Source: a virus (lineage: Duplodnaviria > Heunggongvirae > Uroviricota > Caudoviricetes). From it: DNA of 42,889 bases. The translations under genes and the position numbers were made by a program. This document shows positions 1 through 8,597 of the stretch, in pieces (the first letter of the stretch is position 1; the number at the start of each line of letters is the position of its first letter). The DNA lies in the IMG/VR virus record IMGVR_UViG_2703718853_000004, one strand, 5' to 3'. The notes under the pieces were generated by a model that had not been told where the DNA came from, did no database searches, and was given only the letters and a program-made list of their open reading frames with translations.

Positions 1-105
1 ATGATTTACATCGGTCTACCGCAATGGTCGCATCCTAAATGGGTGCGGTTGGGGATCACCAGCCTTGAAGAGTATGCCCGCCACTTTAACTGCGTGACGC
101 GGTAA
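1..105 (+). pseudogene. 5' fragment of a DUF72-family (YecE-like) host gene, truncated after 34 codons
   Basis: ATG at position 1; translation MIYIGLPQWSHPKWVRLGITSLEEYARHFNCVTR then stop. DUF72 proteins are normally ~270 aa, so this reads as a gene interrupted at the prophage boundary. Confidence 0.4.
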
Positions 106-192
106 ATTTAAAAATCGACAAATATCGTCCAGGAGCGCCATTTTTAATGGCTGGAGATAGCATCCAACATACGTTGTTTGCAATGTTTGGCG

Positions 193-228
193 AAATTCAC
201 TGATTTCTCATGCCCCACCCATGCCCCA
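193..228. repeat. Left copy of imperfect direct repeat containing tandem ATGCCCCA motifs (candidate integrase arm-type site)
   Basis: TGCCCCACCCATGCCCCA at 211..228 matches TGCCCCATCCATGCCCCA at 42852..42869 with one mismatch; weaker upstream similarity (GAAATT...TGCCCCA). Confidence 0.4.
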
Positions 229-268
229 AGACGCCTGCCACGCGAAATCTTCCATCAATTGACTGCAA

Positions 269-586
269 CTAAACAACCGCATTGTCCTGGCGCACATCGC
301 AGATAGTAAACGTCACTACACCGATGACAGTAACATCGTCCAGGGCCTCGCCCTCGATCGCTTCACCATCTTCGGTAATCAGCGACCTTCCTCTCAGCGT
401 GGCAAGCTCCGTCCCGCCGCCGTGCTGGATCAGAACCTGACTGGCCTGCTTTGGTTTCAGGGAGACATCCAGCACAACGTAACCGCCAGATTGCTCGAAG
501 AGGCGCGTATTTGGACCGACATTGCAGATCGAGTTAACCGTTAATCGCTGTTCCGTGTAATCCGTCGCGGGTGATGGAAAGCCCAT
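269..586 (-). CDS. Hypothetical cargo protein (105 aa) at the prophage left end
   Basis: ORF 269..619; ATG at 586 is preceded by GGGGAGGA at SD spacing, while the GTG at 619 has no SD. No recognisable motif. Confidence 0.4.
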   Translation of the reverse strand: MGFPSPATDYTEQRLTVNSICNVGPNTRLFEQSGGYVVLDVSLKPKQASQVLIQHGGGTELATLRGRSLITEDGEAIEGEALDDVTVIGVVTFTICDVRQDNAVV

Positions 587-699
587 TACAGAATCCTCCC
601 CATGTTGGCCATCATCCACAGGCGGTTTTCACTATGCTCTGCCGTTTTGTCGAAAATTATCAATACGTTACTCCCTGACATTTATTTTCGGTCGGTTAT

Positions 700-885
700 T
701 TAAAGAGCCATTCTTTTTATAAACGCATCTTCTGGTGTTAATCCTTCCGAAAAATAATCAACCCATTCCCCCTTATAGGCAACAATATCCATTGAATGTC
801 CGCCATTTTTAACCAGTTCAACCACGTCTCTGAACCAGGTTTCAAATGGCGGTTCGGTCAGTTCTGTTTCGTCTTCCATTTTCAC
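700..885 (-). CDS. Hypothetical small acidic protein (61 aa) downstream of tailspike
   Basis: ORF with AGGAG-type SD upstream; immediately follows the tailspike stop. Confidence 0.45.
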   Translation of the reverse strand: MKMEDETELTEPPFETWFRDVVELVKNGGHSMDIVAYKGEWVDYFSEGLTPEDAFIKRMAL

Positions 886-887
886 TC

Positions 888-2972
888 CTACATTGAGGGC
901 AACATTGATACATTAACGGTTCTTTCCAGACCATCAACATTTGTCAACTGAACAGTAACCAGACCGGTTGAGCTGTTAATGGACAATGATACCGTTACGC
1001 CAGTCCCTGAAAGCCCAATGCGTGCAGAGCTGGCAACAATTCCCGAGGTCAGGATATCCAGATAATAAAGATTCTCCCTTCTGAATCTGACGGGAATTTT
1101 AATATCGTCACCAAATGACTGGCTACCAATTCGACATTCAATTAGGATTGAACGGGTAATATATGTATCGAAAGAATTCTGGAATATGTTGGTCTTGGTC
1201 AGCGATAACGTTGCGCCCGCAGAGCCTGCTAACGTACCTGATGACTGTGAACCAATAATTCGCCTGCCTTTAACAACCTGGGTCATACCAATATTTACAT
1301 CGTCGTCCATACCAAGGTTGCCGGTTATCGACTTATTTAACGTGGTCGCCTTCTGGTTAATTGCTGAAGTAACAAAACCAGTCATGTCACTTCCGGAAAC
1401 CTGCAAGGTCCCCCCGCCAGAGCCAAGAGCCGATACGTTGTAGGATGGCGAGATTGTCCCTCCGTCACCGCTGTCATTCGCACCGACACCAGTTCTTACC
1501 CCTGAGAGTTCAATTTTACCGTCATCAATAATAATAAAGTTTGCGGAATAGTCATTACCCACGGGTTGATTAGCACCACTGCGCCGGACGTTAACGCCGT
1601 TTAAAATCCATGAGGATTTCGCCCCGGCGACCACACCTCCCCTTCCGGCCCTGTCGCACAGTTCGCCGAAAATCTGGTTCTCCACCGACTGGTACGCATA
1701 CCAGTTATCGCCGGTGTTCCATTCGTTCCGGCATCCTCCAAAAAAGTTATTGTTTGCCCCACCGGTAAGGGCCACTCCTCGATCATTAGCATTGATTGTG
1801 CAACCAAACATCATGGAGTCTATTAAATTCCTGACTCCATCCCCGTTTCCGGATATTGAGCAGAAATATGCTTTCATTGTTCCGATGTACCTGGCTGTTC
1901 CTCCTGAAGCCCAGCCAATCCCGATCGCAAACCGATAAAATCCGCACCCCTCAAGTCGGGTGCCGTTGAACTGGGTTGCAGTATTTGGCGAATAAAAAAG
2001 GTACGTTGTTTTATCTCGGCCATCAAAAACAATATCCCGGAATACATGCCTGCCTGTTGAATAAAATGGAAAACTTGCACCAGCTGCTACGCGGATGACG
2101 ACTCCGCAATTCAGAAAACTGTTATCGTCATCAATTGTATATGGGCGTCGGCAACCCCACCCTATAAATTGAAAACCTAATGGAAGCATTGCGGGGTCAA
2201 GCCCGAAATTTAACGCACCGACATTCCACGGAATATCCAGTACCATCACTCCATCAGCTATAGCTTTTTTTAACGCGTAGTCAGCGATAACATTAACGCC
2301 AGGAATTGTGAGCAACGCCTGCTGATCAGCTTCAGTAAGGTATTCAAAAATCGAGGAGCGAATGATTCTGGCCAGAGGTGAGGCGTTCCGGTAAACCTTC
2401 ATTGCTCCTTCGCCTGAACCCAGGTCTTGGCGAAGCGTATCACCATCCATCAGAACGAAGTGAGTAACGTCGTTCGCAAAGCTGGTCGCATCGGTTCCGG
2501 TGGTCGTAAAGCCGACGTCAGTAGCAGCATTCAGGCGGTAATACTCATTGTCGTAACGGATGTACTGGTTACGGGCACTAAACTGGAATGGGCCGTCCTG
2601 ATAATCGCCAAGGAACACGTATCCTGAAGTATTCAGGAACTGCTGAAAGCGGTTTTCTTTATCAGATTGAGATTCTGAAAATGTTGATTCCTGCGCCGAT
2701 AACTGAGAGGAGAAGCGCGATTCAAATTCATTTGATTTTTCTTCGAAAGAGGATTCCCTTTCGGATTGAGATAATTCAAAGGTATCTTGTTGTTCATTAA
2801 GTTGGTTATCAGACTTTACATTGATGCCATGCAGAGTGTCTAACTGCTTACCTGTACGCGTGGTAATAGTTTCATCACTACTATTAGCGAACCTGTCAAT
2901 AGACTGCATATTATCCCATGCATCAGGTATTGATGCAGACGGCACAGGATTGCCGGTATCGTATTCACTCAT
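888..2972 (-). CDS. Tailspike / tail fiber protein with putative beta-helix domain (possible polysaccharide depolymerase)
   Basis: 694 aa; conserved-looking N-terminal anchor region; Gly/Asn/Thr/Ser-rich repetitive central and C-terminal region typical of receptor-binding beta-helix proteins; last gene of the tail module. Confidence 0.7.
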   Translation of the reverse strand: MSEYDTGNPVPSASIPDAWDNMQSIDRFANSSDETITTRTGKQLDTLHGINVKSDNQLNEQQDTFELSQSERESSFEEKSNEFESRFSSQLSAQESTFSESQSDKENRFQQFLNTSGYVFLGDYQDGPFQFSARNQYIRYDNEYYRLNAATDVGFTTTGTDATSFANDVTHFVLMDGDTLRQDLGSGEGAMKVYRNASPLARIIRSSIFEYLTEADQQALLTIPGVNVIADYALKKAIADGVMVLDIPWNVGALNFGLDPAMLPLGFQFIGWGCRRPYTIDDDNSFLNCGVVIRVAAGASFPFYSTGRHVFRDIVFDGRDKTTYLFYSPNTATQFNGTRLEGCGFYRFAIGIGWASGGTARYIGTMKAYFCSISGNGDGVRNLIDSMMFGCTINANDRGVALTGGANNNFFGGCRNEWNTGDNWYAYQSVENQIFGELCDRAGRGGVVAGAKSSWILNGVNVRRSGANQPVGNDYSANFIIIDDGKIELSGVRTGVGANDSGDGGTISPSYNVSALGSGGGTLQVSGSDMTGFVTSAINQKATTLNKSITGNLGMDDDVNIGMTQVVKGRRIIGSQSSGTLAGSAGATLSLTKTNIFQNSFDTYITRSILIECRIGSQSFGDDIKIPVRFRRENLYYLDILTSGIVASSARIGLSGTGVTVSLSINSSTGLVTVQLTNVDGLERTVNVSMLPSM

Positions 2973-2980
2973 GGTCGCCC

Positions 2981-3005
2981 CAATAAAAAACCGGCATAAG
3001 CCGGT
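2981..3005 (-). terminator. Hairpin plus T-tract (terminator-like) upstream of the tailspike start
   Basis: Minus-strand AACCGGCttatGCCGGTT followed by TTTTTTATT. Confidence 0.4.
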
Positions 3006-3053
3006 TGATTGGTAATGTGTAGATATGTAGATAATGTTATTTATTCTTGATGA

Positions 3054-3224
3054 TTATTTATCATCATAAAATAAACCATCCTCTTTATTGTACAACATGC
3101 CTGGCTGGCAAAATGTTTCGTCGCTATATTTTACGACTTCGAAATCATCAGGAGAGTAATTATCATCAGCAACAATAATGTTTTCTACCACGCATTCTTT
3201 CAGGACTGCATACTTGCTTACCAT
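3054..3224 (-). CDS. Hypothetical small protein (56 aa), AT-rich
   Basis: ATG overlaps the stop of the upstream glycine-rich protein (TAATG); translation MVSKYAVLKECVVENIIVADDNYSPDDFEVVKYSDETFCQPGMLYNKEDGLFYDDK. Below the ORF-track size cutoff. Confidence 0.35.
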   Translation of the reverse strand: MVSKYAVLKECVVENIIVADDNYSPDDFEVVKYSDETFCQPGMLYNKEDGLFYDDK

Positions 3225-4105
3225 TAAGAATATTCCTCAATATATACAATCCCTGCTTTCCCCTGTCCGCCATTGTAGGAGTTGCCAGACATGGCAGCAT
3301 CATATGCGCCACCACCACCGGCACCATAACAATCCCCTGCCACGCCCCCGCGTGCGCCCCCACGACCACCGCCGCCCCAATATGACGAGCCGCCATTGCC
3401 GGGGATAATCAGGGAGCCATTTTGCCCATCAGTGCCGTAACCTCCGGGAAGGTTAACCGAGCCACCAATAGAAATACCGCCTTTCCCACCAGCCAGCGTA
3501 GTGATCCCTGATTTCTGACCACCATCTCCGCCCAATCCGCTAATGCCGTTAATGATTGAGGTTCCGCCTGTTCCACCCTGGACAGCACCAACGCCAGCAG
3601 AACCACCAGCACCTACAGTGACTGCATAGCTGGATTCAGTTACAGCAAAATAACCAATGGCCGTACCACCAGCACCGCCGCCGCCACCTGAAACTGATTC
3701 AGATCCTGAAGTTCCCTGACAACCACCACCACCGCCACCACCGCCAGTAACAATAACTTTTACATGTTTGGTTCCTGGCGATGGGGTGTAGGTCCCATTT
3801 GCGGTAAAGCTAACGATATTCTGTAACCGCCCAGGGGAGGACTTGAGGAGGGCGCTTTCGAGACTAGCCAGTAAGGTAGGTAAATTACCGTTATCAAGGG
3901 TGTCATCGCCGCTGTTATCAGAAATAAACTGCGCCACAACCGCCGCAATAGTTGATGCCTGCCTTAAAGCTTTGTTGACCTGGGCCGAAGACGCTTTGCC
4001 ACTTAAAAAGCCAGTTGTTCTGGCCGACAGTGCGTCATAATCAGCTTGTGATAATACGTTTGCCCCGCTACCAGTAGCGAAGGGTTTAAAATCGTTAGTC
4101 GCCAT
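3224..4105 (-). CDS. Glycine-rich tail fiber-like protein
   Basis: Start moved to the internal Met (MATNDFKPF) that overlaps the upstream stop by 1 nt; long Gly runs (GGGGGGGG, GGGGGAGG) encoded by GGN repeat DNA. Confidence 0.65.
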   Translation of the reverse strand: MATNDFKPFATGSGANVLSQADYDALSARTTGFLSGKASSAQVNKALRQASTIAAVVAQFISDNSGDDTLDNGNLPTLLASLESALLKSSPGRLQNIVSFTANGTYTPSPGTKHVKVIVTGGGGGGGGCQGTSGSESVSGGGGGAGGTAIGYFAVTESSYAVTVGAGGSAGVGAVQGGTGGTSIINGISGLGGDGGQKSGITTLAGGKGGISIGGSVNLPGGYGTDGQNGSLIIPGNGGSSYWGGGGRGGARGGVAGDCYGAGGGGAYDAAMSGNSYNGGQGKAGIVYIEEYS

Positions 4106-4878
4106 TAAAATCTCTCTCCCCATGACCCGCGGTCGAAGCCAGCGATATAGTCATTTTCGATATCGAAGCCAAAAAACTGATAACCATCACTGACGGTCTC
4201 TATTTCACGGACACGAACCCCTGCGGCTTTAACCGTCATATAACCGTTCTGAATCGCCCACCATAGCTCGCTGTTAACCTGGTCAATCGGGTTAATGTCA
4301 TAGCGCGATGGTACGTAACCTGCCGGTAATGCGATAAAGGGGCCTTTATTGACGGCGCTATCCAGAATTAACCGGTCTATTTCACTTAGAGCTACCGATG
4401 GGTCACCGAGTATCCAGATAGAAATCGACATATCCTGGTTGTCGACAATAGCCATGCGGATTCCAGACCCGGCAAGGGCGGCATCAAGAATTGAAGGCAG
4501 CGAATCGTTCTGACCATCCCAGTTGTTTATCGCCACTTTCACCTTCAGCATTAGCCGATATATTTCATCGCTTAGATCGATAAAACCGTCGTTTGGGTCA
4601 TATGGTCCCTGCCAAACCCCCTGATCCCAGCCAACCCGCTCGGTGTCCCACGAAAAATAAATCCCGGTTACCGGTGTAGCCACGCGACGGGAACGACCAA
4701 CCCATTCGCCCACAACGTCGAGTTGCACGCCTACGGCTGTATCAATATCAAAATCGGGTATTAGCCGTGACATTGCATCGGAAACATCACTCAGTGGCCT
4801 GGTGGACAGGTCAACGTGTGCAAAGAACTTTGGTTTACCGGCGTGGTAGTTTGTTATGCGGTCAGTGTATCTGCTCAT
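4105..4878 (-). CDS. Baseplate protein (DUF2612-like)
   Basis: 257 aa, ATGA-coupled to the upstream baseplate J-like gene; lies between baseplate J and the fiber. Confidence 0.6.
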   Translation of the reverse strand: MSRYTDRITNYHAGKPKFFAHVDLSTRPLSDVSDAMSRLIPDFDIDTAVGVQLDVVGEWVGRSRRVATPVTGIYFSWDTERVGWDQGVWQGPYDPNDGFIDLSDEIYRLMLKVKVAINNWDGQNDSLPSILDAALAGSGIRMAIVDNQDMSISIWILGDPSVALSEIDRLILDSAVNKGPFIALPAGYVPSRYDINPIDQVNSELWWAIQNGYMTVKAAGVRVREIETVSDGYQFFGFDIENDYIAGFDRGSWGERF

Positions 4879-6071
4879 GAGACCACCAGATTAATATTGC
4901 TGACGGCGCAGGATGCCGACTGGTCAAAGGCAATATCCACGTTTGCCGCGGCTACGCCACCGGCAGACGTCCCGATCAGCAACTCGGTAATGTCGTAATA
5001 CCTGGCATTACCTCCACTGACAACACCAAGGTTAGCCGGTGAGTAAACCCGACTGAGAAGAACGCTGGCGCCGATTGCCAGAGAGTTAATGTAGGCAGAT
5101 ACAGCCGCCTTTATCTCTTCGCCAACCTGGGATGTGTAGCCCGTAAGGGGTTCGATAGTGATTTTCACGTAAATGGGCACATCGACGGGCCTTGAAAAAC
5201 CTACCTGGTGAGGGTTTCCGTACTTATCAGGCACAACAATCACTGTACTACCGTAGGGTGTTACGCCCTGCCCTTTAACACCACGAATGCTGCTTGCAAT
5301 GACCGTCGCATCACCACCTTCGACAATGGCCGCGATTGAGTGCGGCGGCAGGCCATTTGCATCAGTGTTATCTGTATCGTTCTCATACAGCTTGTGTCGC
5401 GTTACGCCGCTGATATTTGCTACCGCGCCATCTACCGCCTCAAACGGCGTCAGAGACGGTAAAGCAACGCTCTGTGATTGCCGGACACGCAATTCAGCAT
5501 TTGTTTCGGCGGCAACGCCAACGGTAGCCGCTTGAGGGTTAGTTACTGATACCCAGCCACGTGTCGGGGTGTTTATCTTATTGACTGACCCGGCAGGGGC
5601 CGCCACAGCGCCAGCAACAGAACACGTCGCTGTAGCAATAACCTTCCCATCAATACCAATTGTCACCTGAGCAGGAAGATTCCAGATGATGCCGTTGGCA
5701 TCTTTCACAGAGCCGTTTGTGATTAACGTTCCGGCCTCACCTTCGATCAGCTCATCGACCGTAGAGTTTGTCGCAGCCCGGCGAGTGATGCCGTTAATTT
5801 TGACGTTACTGGTTAATGCATCGTCCAGCGCCGTCGACGGAGAAAATGACCGGTAAACAGAAATAGCCGTGTTGTTGGCATCGTGAATGGCCAGAGCCAC
5901 CAGAGCGACCATCTGGCCGTCTTTGCTGTCCGGGTCGAGATAGGCATCACTGCCATAAATCTGCTGAAAATAGCCGGTGATGGTGTCCAGAACGGTCTGA
6001 TAGTCGGGCGCACTTATCCCCTCAGCGGTTACCGTTGCCGATAAGCCGAGTGTGTCGAGGTCCAAAGACAT
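4875..6071 (-). CDS. Baseplate J-like protein
   Basis: 398 aa; size and position in the baseplate cluster; start overlaps the upstream gene. Confidence 0.7.
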   Translation of the reverse strand: MSLDLDTLGLSATVTAEGISAPDYQTVLDTITGYFQQIYGSDAYLDPDSKDGQMVALVALAIHDANNTAISVYRSFSPSTALDDALTSNVKINGITRRAATNSTVDELIEGEAGTLITNGSVKDANGIIWNLPAQVTIGIDGKVIATATCSVAGAVAAPAGSVNKINTPTRGWVSVTNPQAATVGVAAETNAELRVRQSQSVALPSLTPFEAVDGAVANISGVTRHKLYENDTDNTDANGLPPHSIAAIVEGGDATVIASSIRGVKGQGVTPYGSTVIVVPDKYGNPHQVGFSRPVDVPIYVKITIEPLTGYTSQVGEEIKAAVSAYINSLAIGASVLLSRVYSPANLGVVSGGNARYYDITELLIGTSAGGVAAANVDIAFDQSASCAVSNINLVVS

Positions 6072-6424
6072 TACGCCTCCGAAGTTACTGTTGTTGTCCC
6101 GTAGATGGTTTCCACCGTCGCTGTGAACGTTACACGGCGTGTGGTGCCGTCAACAGTGGTATTAAATGCAGTGATTGAGCTAACCCCTTGCGTTTCAAGG
6201 ATCCGCTTGCGGATAGCGAGGTTGTAGGTATCCGGCTTTTGCTTACCCAGAACGGACTGAATCCATGGAGTACCTTCTGTGGTGTCCAGAAACCACTGTC
6301 CGTACCAAAGCAGAAAGCGAGTTTTTATGGCCTGCGCGACAGCCTCGGGGGAGTTAACCAGCCAGGTATCATCACCCTGACCGAAGGTGTAATCCCCATC
6401 GTCATCTTCTCTACGGTATCGCAT
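6071..6424 (-). CDS. Baseplate protein (GP46-like)
   Basis: 117 aa ORF directly upstream of and overlapping the baseplate J-like gene. Confidence 0.6.
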   Translation of the reverse strand: MRYRREDDDGDYTFGQGDDTWLVNSPEAVAQAIKTRFLLWYGQWFLDTTEGTPWIQSVLGKQKPDTYNLAIRKRILETQGVSSITAFNTTVDGTTRRVTFTATVETIYGTTTVTSEA

Positions 6425-6427
6425 CCC

Positions 6428-6526
6428 TCACCACCAGCGCACTGCGCTAATTACGCTTGACAGGCCAAACAAGAAGAAAACAGCCCATATCAAAAGGAAT
6501 TTCCAGTTGGGTAATTTTTCGCCCAT
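6428..6526 (-). CDS. Possible small membrane peptide (32 aa)
   Basis: MGEKLPNWKFLLIWAVFFLFGLSSVISAVRWW; GGGAG about 11 nt upstream; stop 3 nt before the GP46-like start. Confidence 0.25.
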   Translation of the reverse strand: MGEKLPNWKFLLIWAVFFLFGLSSVISAVRWW

Positions 6527-6585
6527 GACTCGCAACTCCCGTATCAGTTTGCTAAAATCAATCACAGGTTCCTCGTTAGTAACGG

Positions 6586-6631
6586 TAACGTTGGACATAA
6601 AAAACCCCGCACTGCTTGCAACAGTCGGGGT
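6586..6631. terminator. Bidirectional intrinsic terminator-like hairpin inside the baseplate cluster
   Basis: A-run, CCCCG...CGGGG stem, then TTTTGTTTTTT. Confidence 0.5.
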
Positions 6632-6703
6632 TTTGTTTTTTCCCCCAGTGAAGGGAAATTATTTTGAATTGCCTTACTGGGCAAATTTACTTGTCAGCGG
6701 TAA

Positions 6704-7375
6704 CTACCCTCCAAGCGGTGCTGTGTTACTCCCGCCTGATTCAACGCCACCATGCGTATGCTTATCGACAATAGAGCCGTCCACCAGCTGCAGGCGTCCG
6801 TCAGGTAGAATTTGAAGGCCGTTCAGGTTAAAACCTCCCGGCGCCGTACCGTCGATAGCTCCGCTGGCAGGATTAAGGCTCAACTTTGTTTCCCCGTCAT
6901 CGCTGCGCAGCTCTACTGCGCTGGTGCTGATACCGCCGATTTTCTTGGCCTGAGACTGCGGGCCGACAATGCAGAAGGCATCGGATAAATCATGCATGCG
7001 CTCGTCTACCGGCTCCTGAATACCTCCGCTTTGCCACCAGAAATCAATACAGCGGTCTGCAAAGATAACAAGGCATTCATCACCATCCTTAACAGGAAAA
7101 GTCAGCGTGCAGCCTCCGCCGCGAGGGAATACAACAGGAACATCCACCAACAGTGGGAGGTTTACCGAGACCTCGGCGCCGGATTCGTCCTGCTCTGCGC
7201 CTTTAATGGCTGGCTGAACAACAGCGGTGACAGCATCCGGATCAAACGACTGAATGATGCCAGGCATGGAGACGCGCATTGCAGACATGATCGACTGCGC
7301 CAGCTGTGCGTCTGCCTGTTCTTTACTGCCGAGCTGGGAGTTTAGTGCTACGGGCATTTGGTTTACTCCGGGCAT
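6704..7375 (-). CDS. Baseplate assembly protein V / central spike-like protein
   Basis: 223 aa; position in baseplate cluster; Gly-rich C-terminus typical of spike proteins. Confidence 0.65.
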   Translation of the reverse strand: MPGVNQMPVALNSQLGSKEQADAQLAQSIMSAMRVSMPGIIQSFDPDAVTAVVQPAIKGAEQDESGAEVSVNLPLLVDVPVVFPRGGGCTLTFPVKDGDECLVIFADRCIDFWWQSGGIQEPVDERMHDLSDAFCIVGPQSQAKKIGGISTSAVELRSDDGETKLSLNPASGAIDGTAPGGFNLNGLQILPDGRLQLVDGSIVDKHTHGGVESGGSNTAPLGG

Positions 7376-7411
7376 TAAAAAACCCGCCGGAGCGGGCTTC
7401 TTAACTATAAG

Positions 7412-7978
7412 CTAATAAGAAGGGAGTCTTATCTTACTTTCTATGAACAAGGTTTTGAGAGTATCAGGAGTTATCTCTATAACATCACCGATGTTCAAAG
7501 CTTTATCTTTTGCATAATTTCCAACAGAATCAAGGAAGTCATGATGCATTCTGACTAACAATTTAACGTCGTTTACAATAGGATTAAATTCGTACTCCCA
7601 ATCACCTTTACTCTCAAGGCAATTATAATAAAAGAAATATATCTCTTCGGCTTTCCAGAAATCGGAATAAGCACCACCTGTGCGCCCCATCTCACGCCCT
7701 ATTCTTTCATAGTCAAAATTATTGCCATCATAACCATCAGCATATGCACCACAATAGAGCACCTTAACTCTGCCACGAGCGTAATCTCTGACATCACCTA
7801 TAGTCTCTAAATTTACTTTATAGGCGCATAACGCATAGCCATAATGACTATTTTCCGAGCTGGGAACTTTTAATTCAATTTTTTTTGGATCCCATCCCAA
7901 GATGTAGGCTGCAAGCCAATGACCAGCCTCATGCCTTGCTATCCGGTAAACTGCTTTCTTGTAGTCGTAAGCGTTCAT
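7412..7978 (-). CDS. HExxH zinc metallopeptidase-like protein (FtsH/M41-like signature HEAGH), AT-rich moron
   Basis: 188 aa; N-terminal RIARHEAGHWLAAY and downstream VLYCGAYADGY resemble the FtsH active-site region; strong SD (CAGGAGGGGAA) before the ATG; visibly AT-rich versus flanking tail genes. Confidence 0.6.
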   Translation of the reverse strand: MNAYDYKKAVYRIARHEAGHWLAAYILGWDPKKIELKVPSSENSHYGYALCAYKVNLETIGDVRDYARGRVKVLYCGAYADGYDGNNFDYERIGREMGRTGGAYSDFWKAEEIYFFYYNCLESKGDWEYEFNPIVNDVKLLVRMHHDFLDSVGNYAKDKALNIGDVIEITPDTLKTLFIESKIRLPSY

Positions 7979-8020
7979 TTCCCCTCCTGTTTTTGAAACA
8001 GATTAGGGGATTAAATGAGC

Positions 8021-8203
8021 TTAATCACTACCGCTTGGTGTTTTAACGTTAAATGCATTGTCGGCGGGATTTTCTGGGGAAAATCTTTCTCCATTAACGG
8101 GGTAATTAATAAAAATATCCCCCGTTCTCTCCTGTTCACATTTCAGGTCTTCGCAAGGGATAGGCGGATGATCAATTTTTACACCGGTGAGAAAATTTGA
8201 CAT
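8021..8203 (-). CDS. Hypothetical small acidic protein (60 aa), possible partner of the metallopeptidase
   Basis: Same strand, 42 nt upstream of the peptidase start; an alternative 61-aa ORF on the plus strand (8015..8200) cannot be excluded. Confidence 0.3.
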   Translation of the reverse strand: MSNFLTGVKIDHPPIPCEDLKCEQERTGDIFINYPVNGERFSPENPADNAFNVKTPSGSD

Positions 8204-8252
8204 AACGCTTACCTACCCTGCCTTTAAGCACATAAAATAGCGAGCAACCAGA

Positions 8253-8597
8253 TTACTTCACCTTCCGACAGTCGTACGTCCAGAACTCTCTGGGCTCGTC
8301 CATGTTCTTGCGGATCACTTCGACGTTGAGGATAGGCTTGCCGTTTCGGGCGACAAAATCCATTCCAAGCCAGCGTCCAGATCTGGCGTCAGGAAGCATC
8401 CACTGTATTTTCACATTGTTGTAATCATTTTTTACCTTTAGAAAGGTAATCTTCTGCGACTCTGGCTTAGCGCCGTTTATCCGCGCAAATCCATCCTGCG
8501 CCTTCCAGTTGATCCCAAACGGTCCGCAGGAAGTATCCGCAAAAGCAGGGGCAGAAAGGAAGAGGGAAAAAATACAAGCAGTAATGATTTTCTTCAT
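8253..8597 (-). CDS. Secreted/periplasmic protein with N-terminal signal peptide (114 aa)
   Basis: Start set at internal Met (MKKIITACIFSLFLSAPAFA, cleavage-like AFA-D), ATGA-coupled to the upstream hub-like gene. Confidence 0.5.
   Translation of the reverse strand: MKKIITACIFSLFLSAPAFADTSCGPFGINWKAQDGFARINGAKPESQKITFLKVKNDYNNVKIQWMLPDARSGRWLGMDFVARNGKPILNVEVIRKNMDEPREFWTYDCRKVK

Noticed and set aside
137-151. GCCATT-TTT-AATGGC palindrome near the left end as a terminator
   Set aside because: No T-tract follows on either strand; may belong to the att region but cannot be assigned.
8015-8200. 61-aa plus-strand ORF divergent from the metallopeptidase
   Set aside because: Has a plausible SD, but the minus-strand 60-aa ORF is co-oriented with the peptidase and the late operon; kept as the less likely alternative, not excluded.
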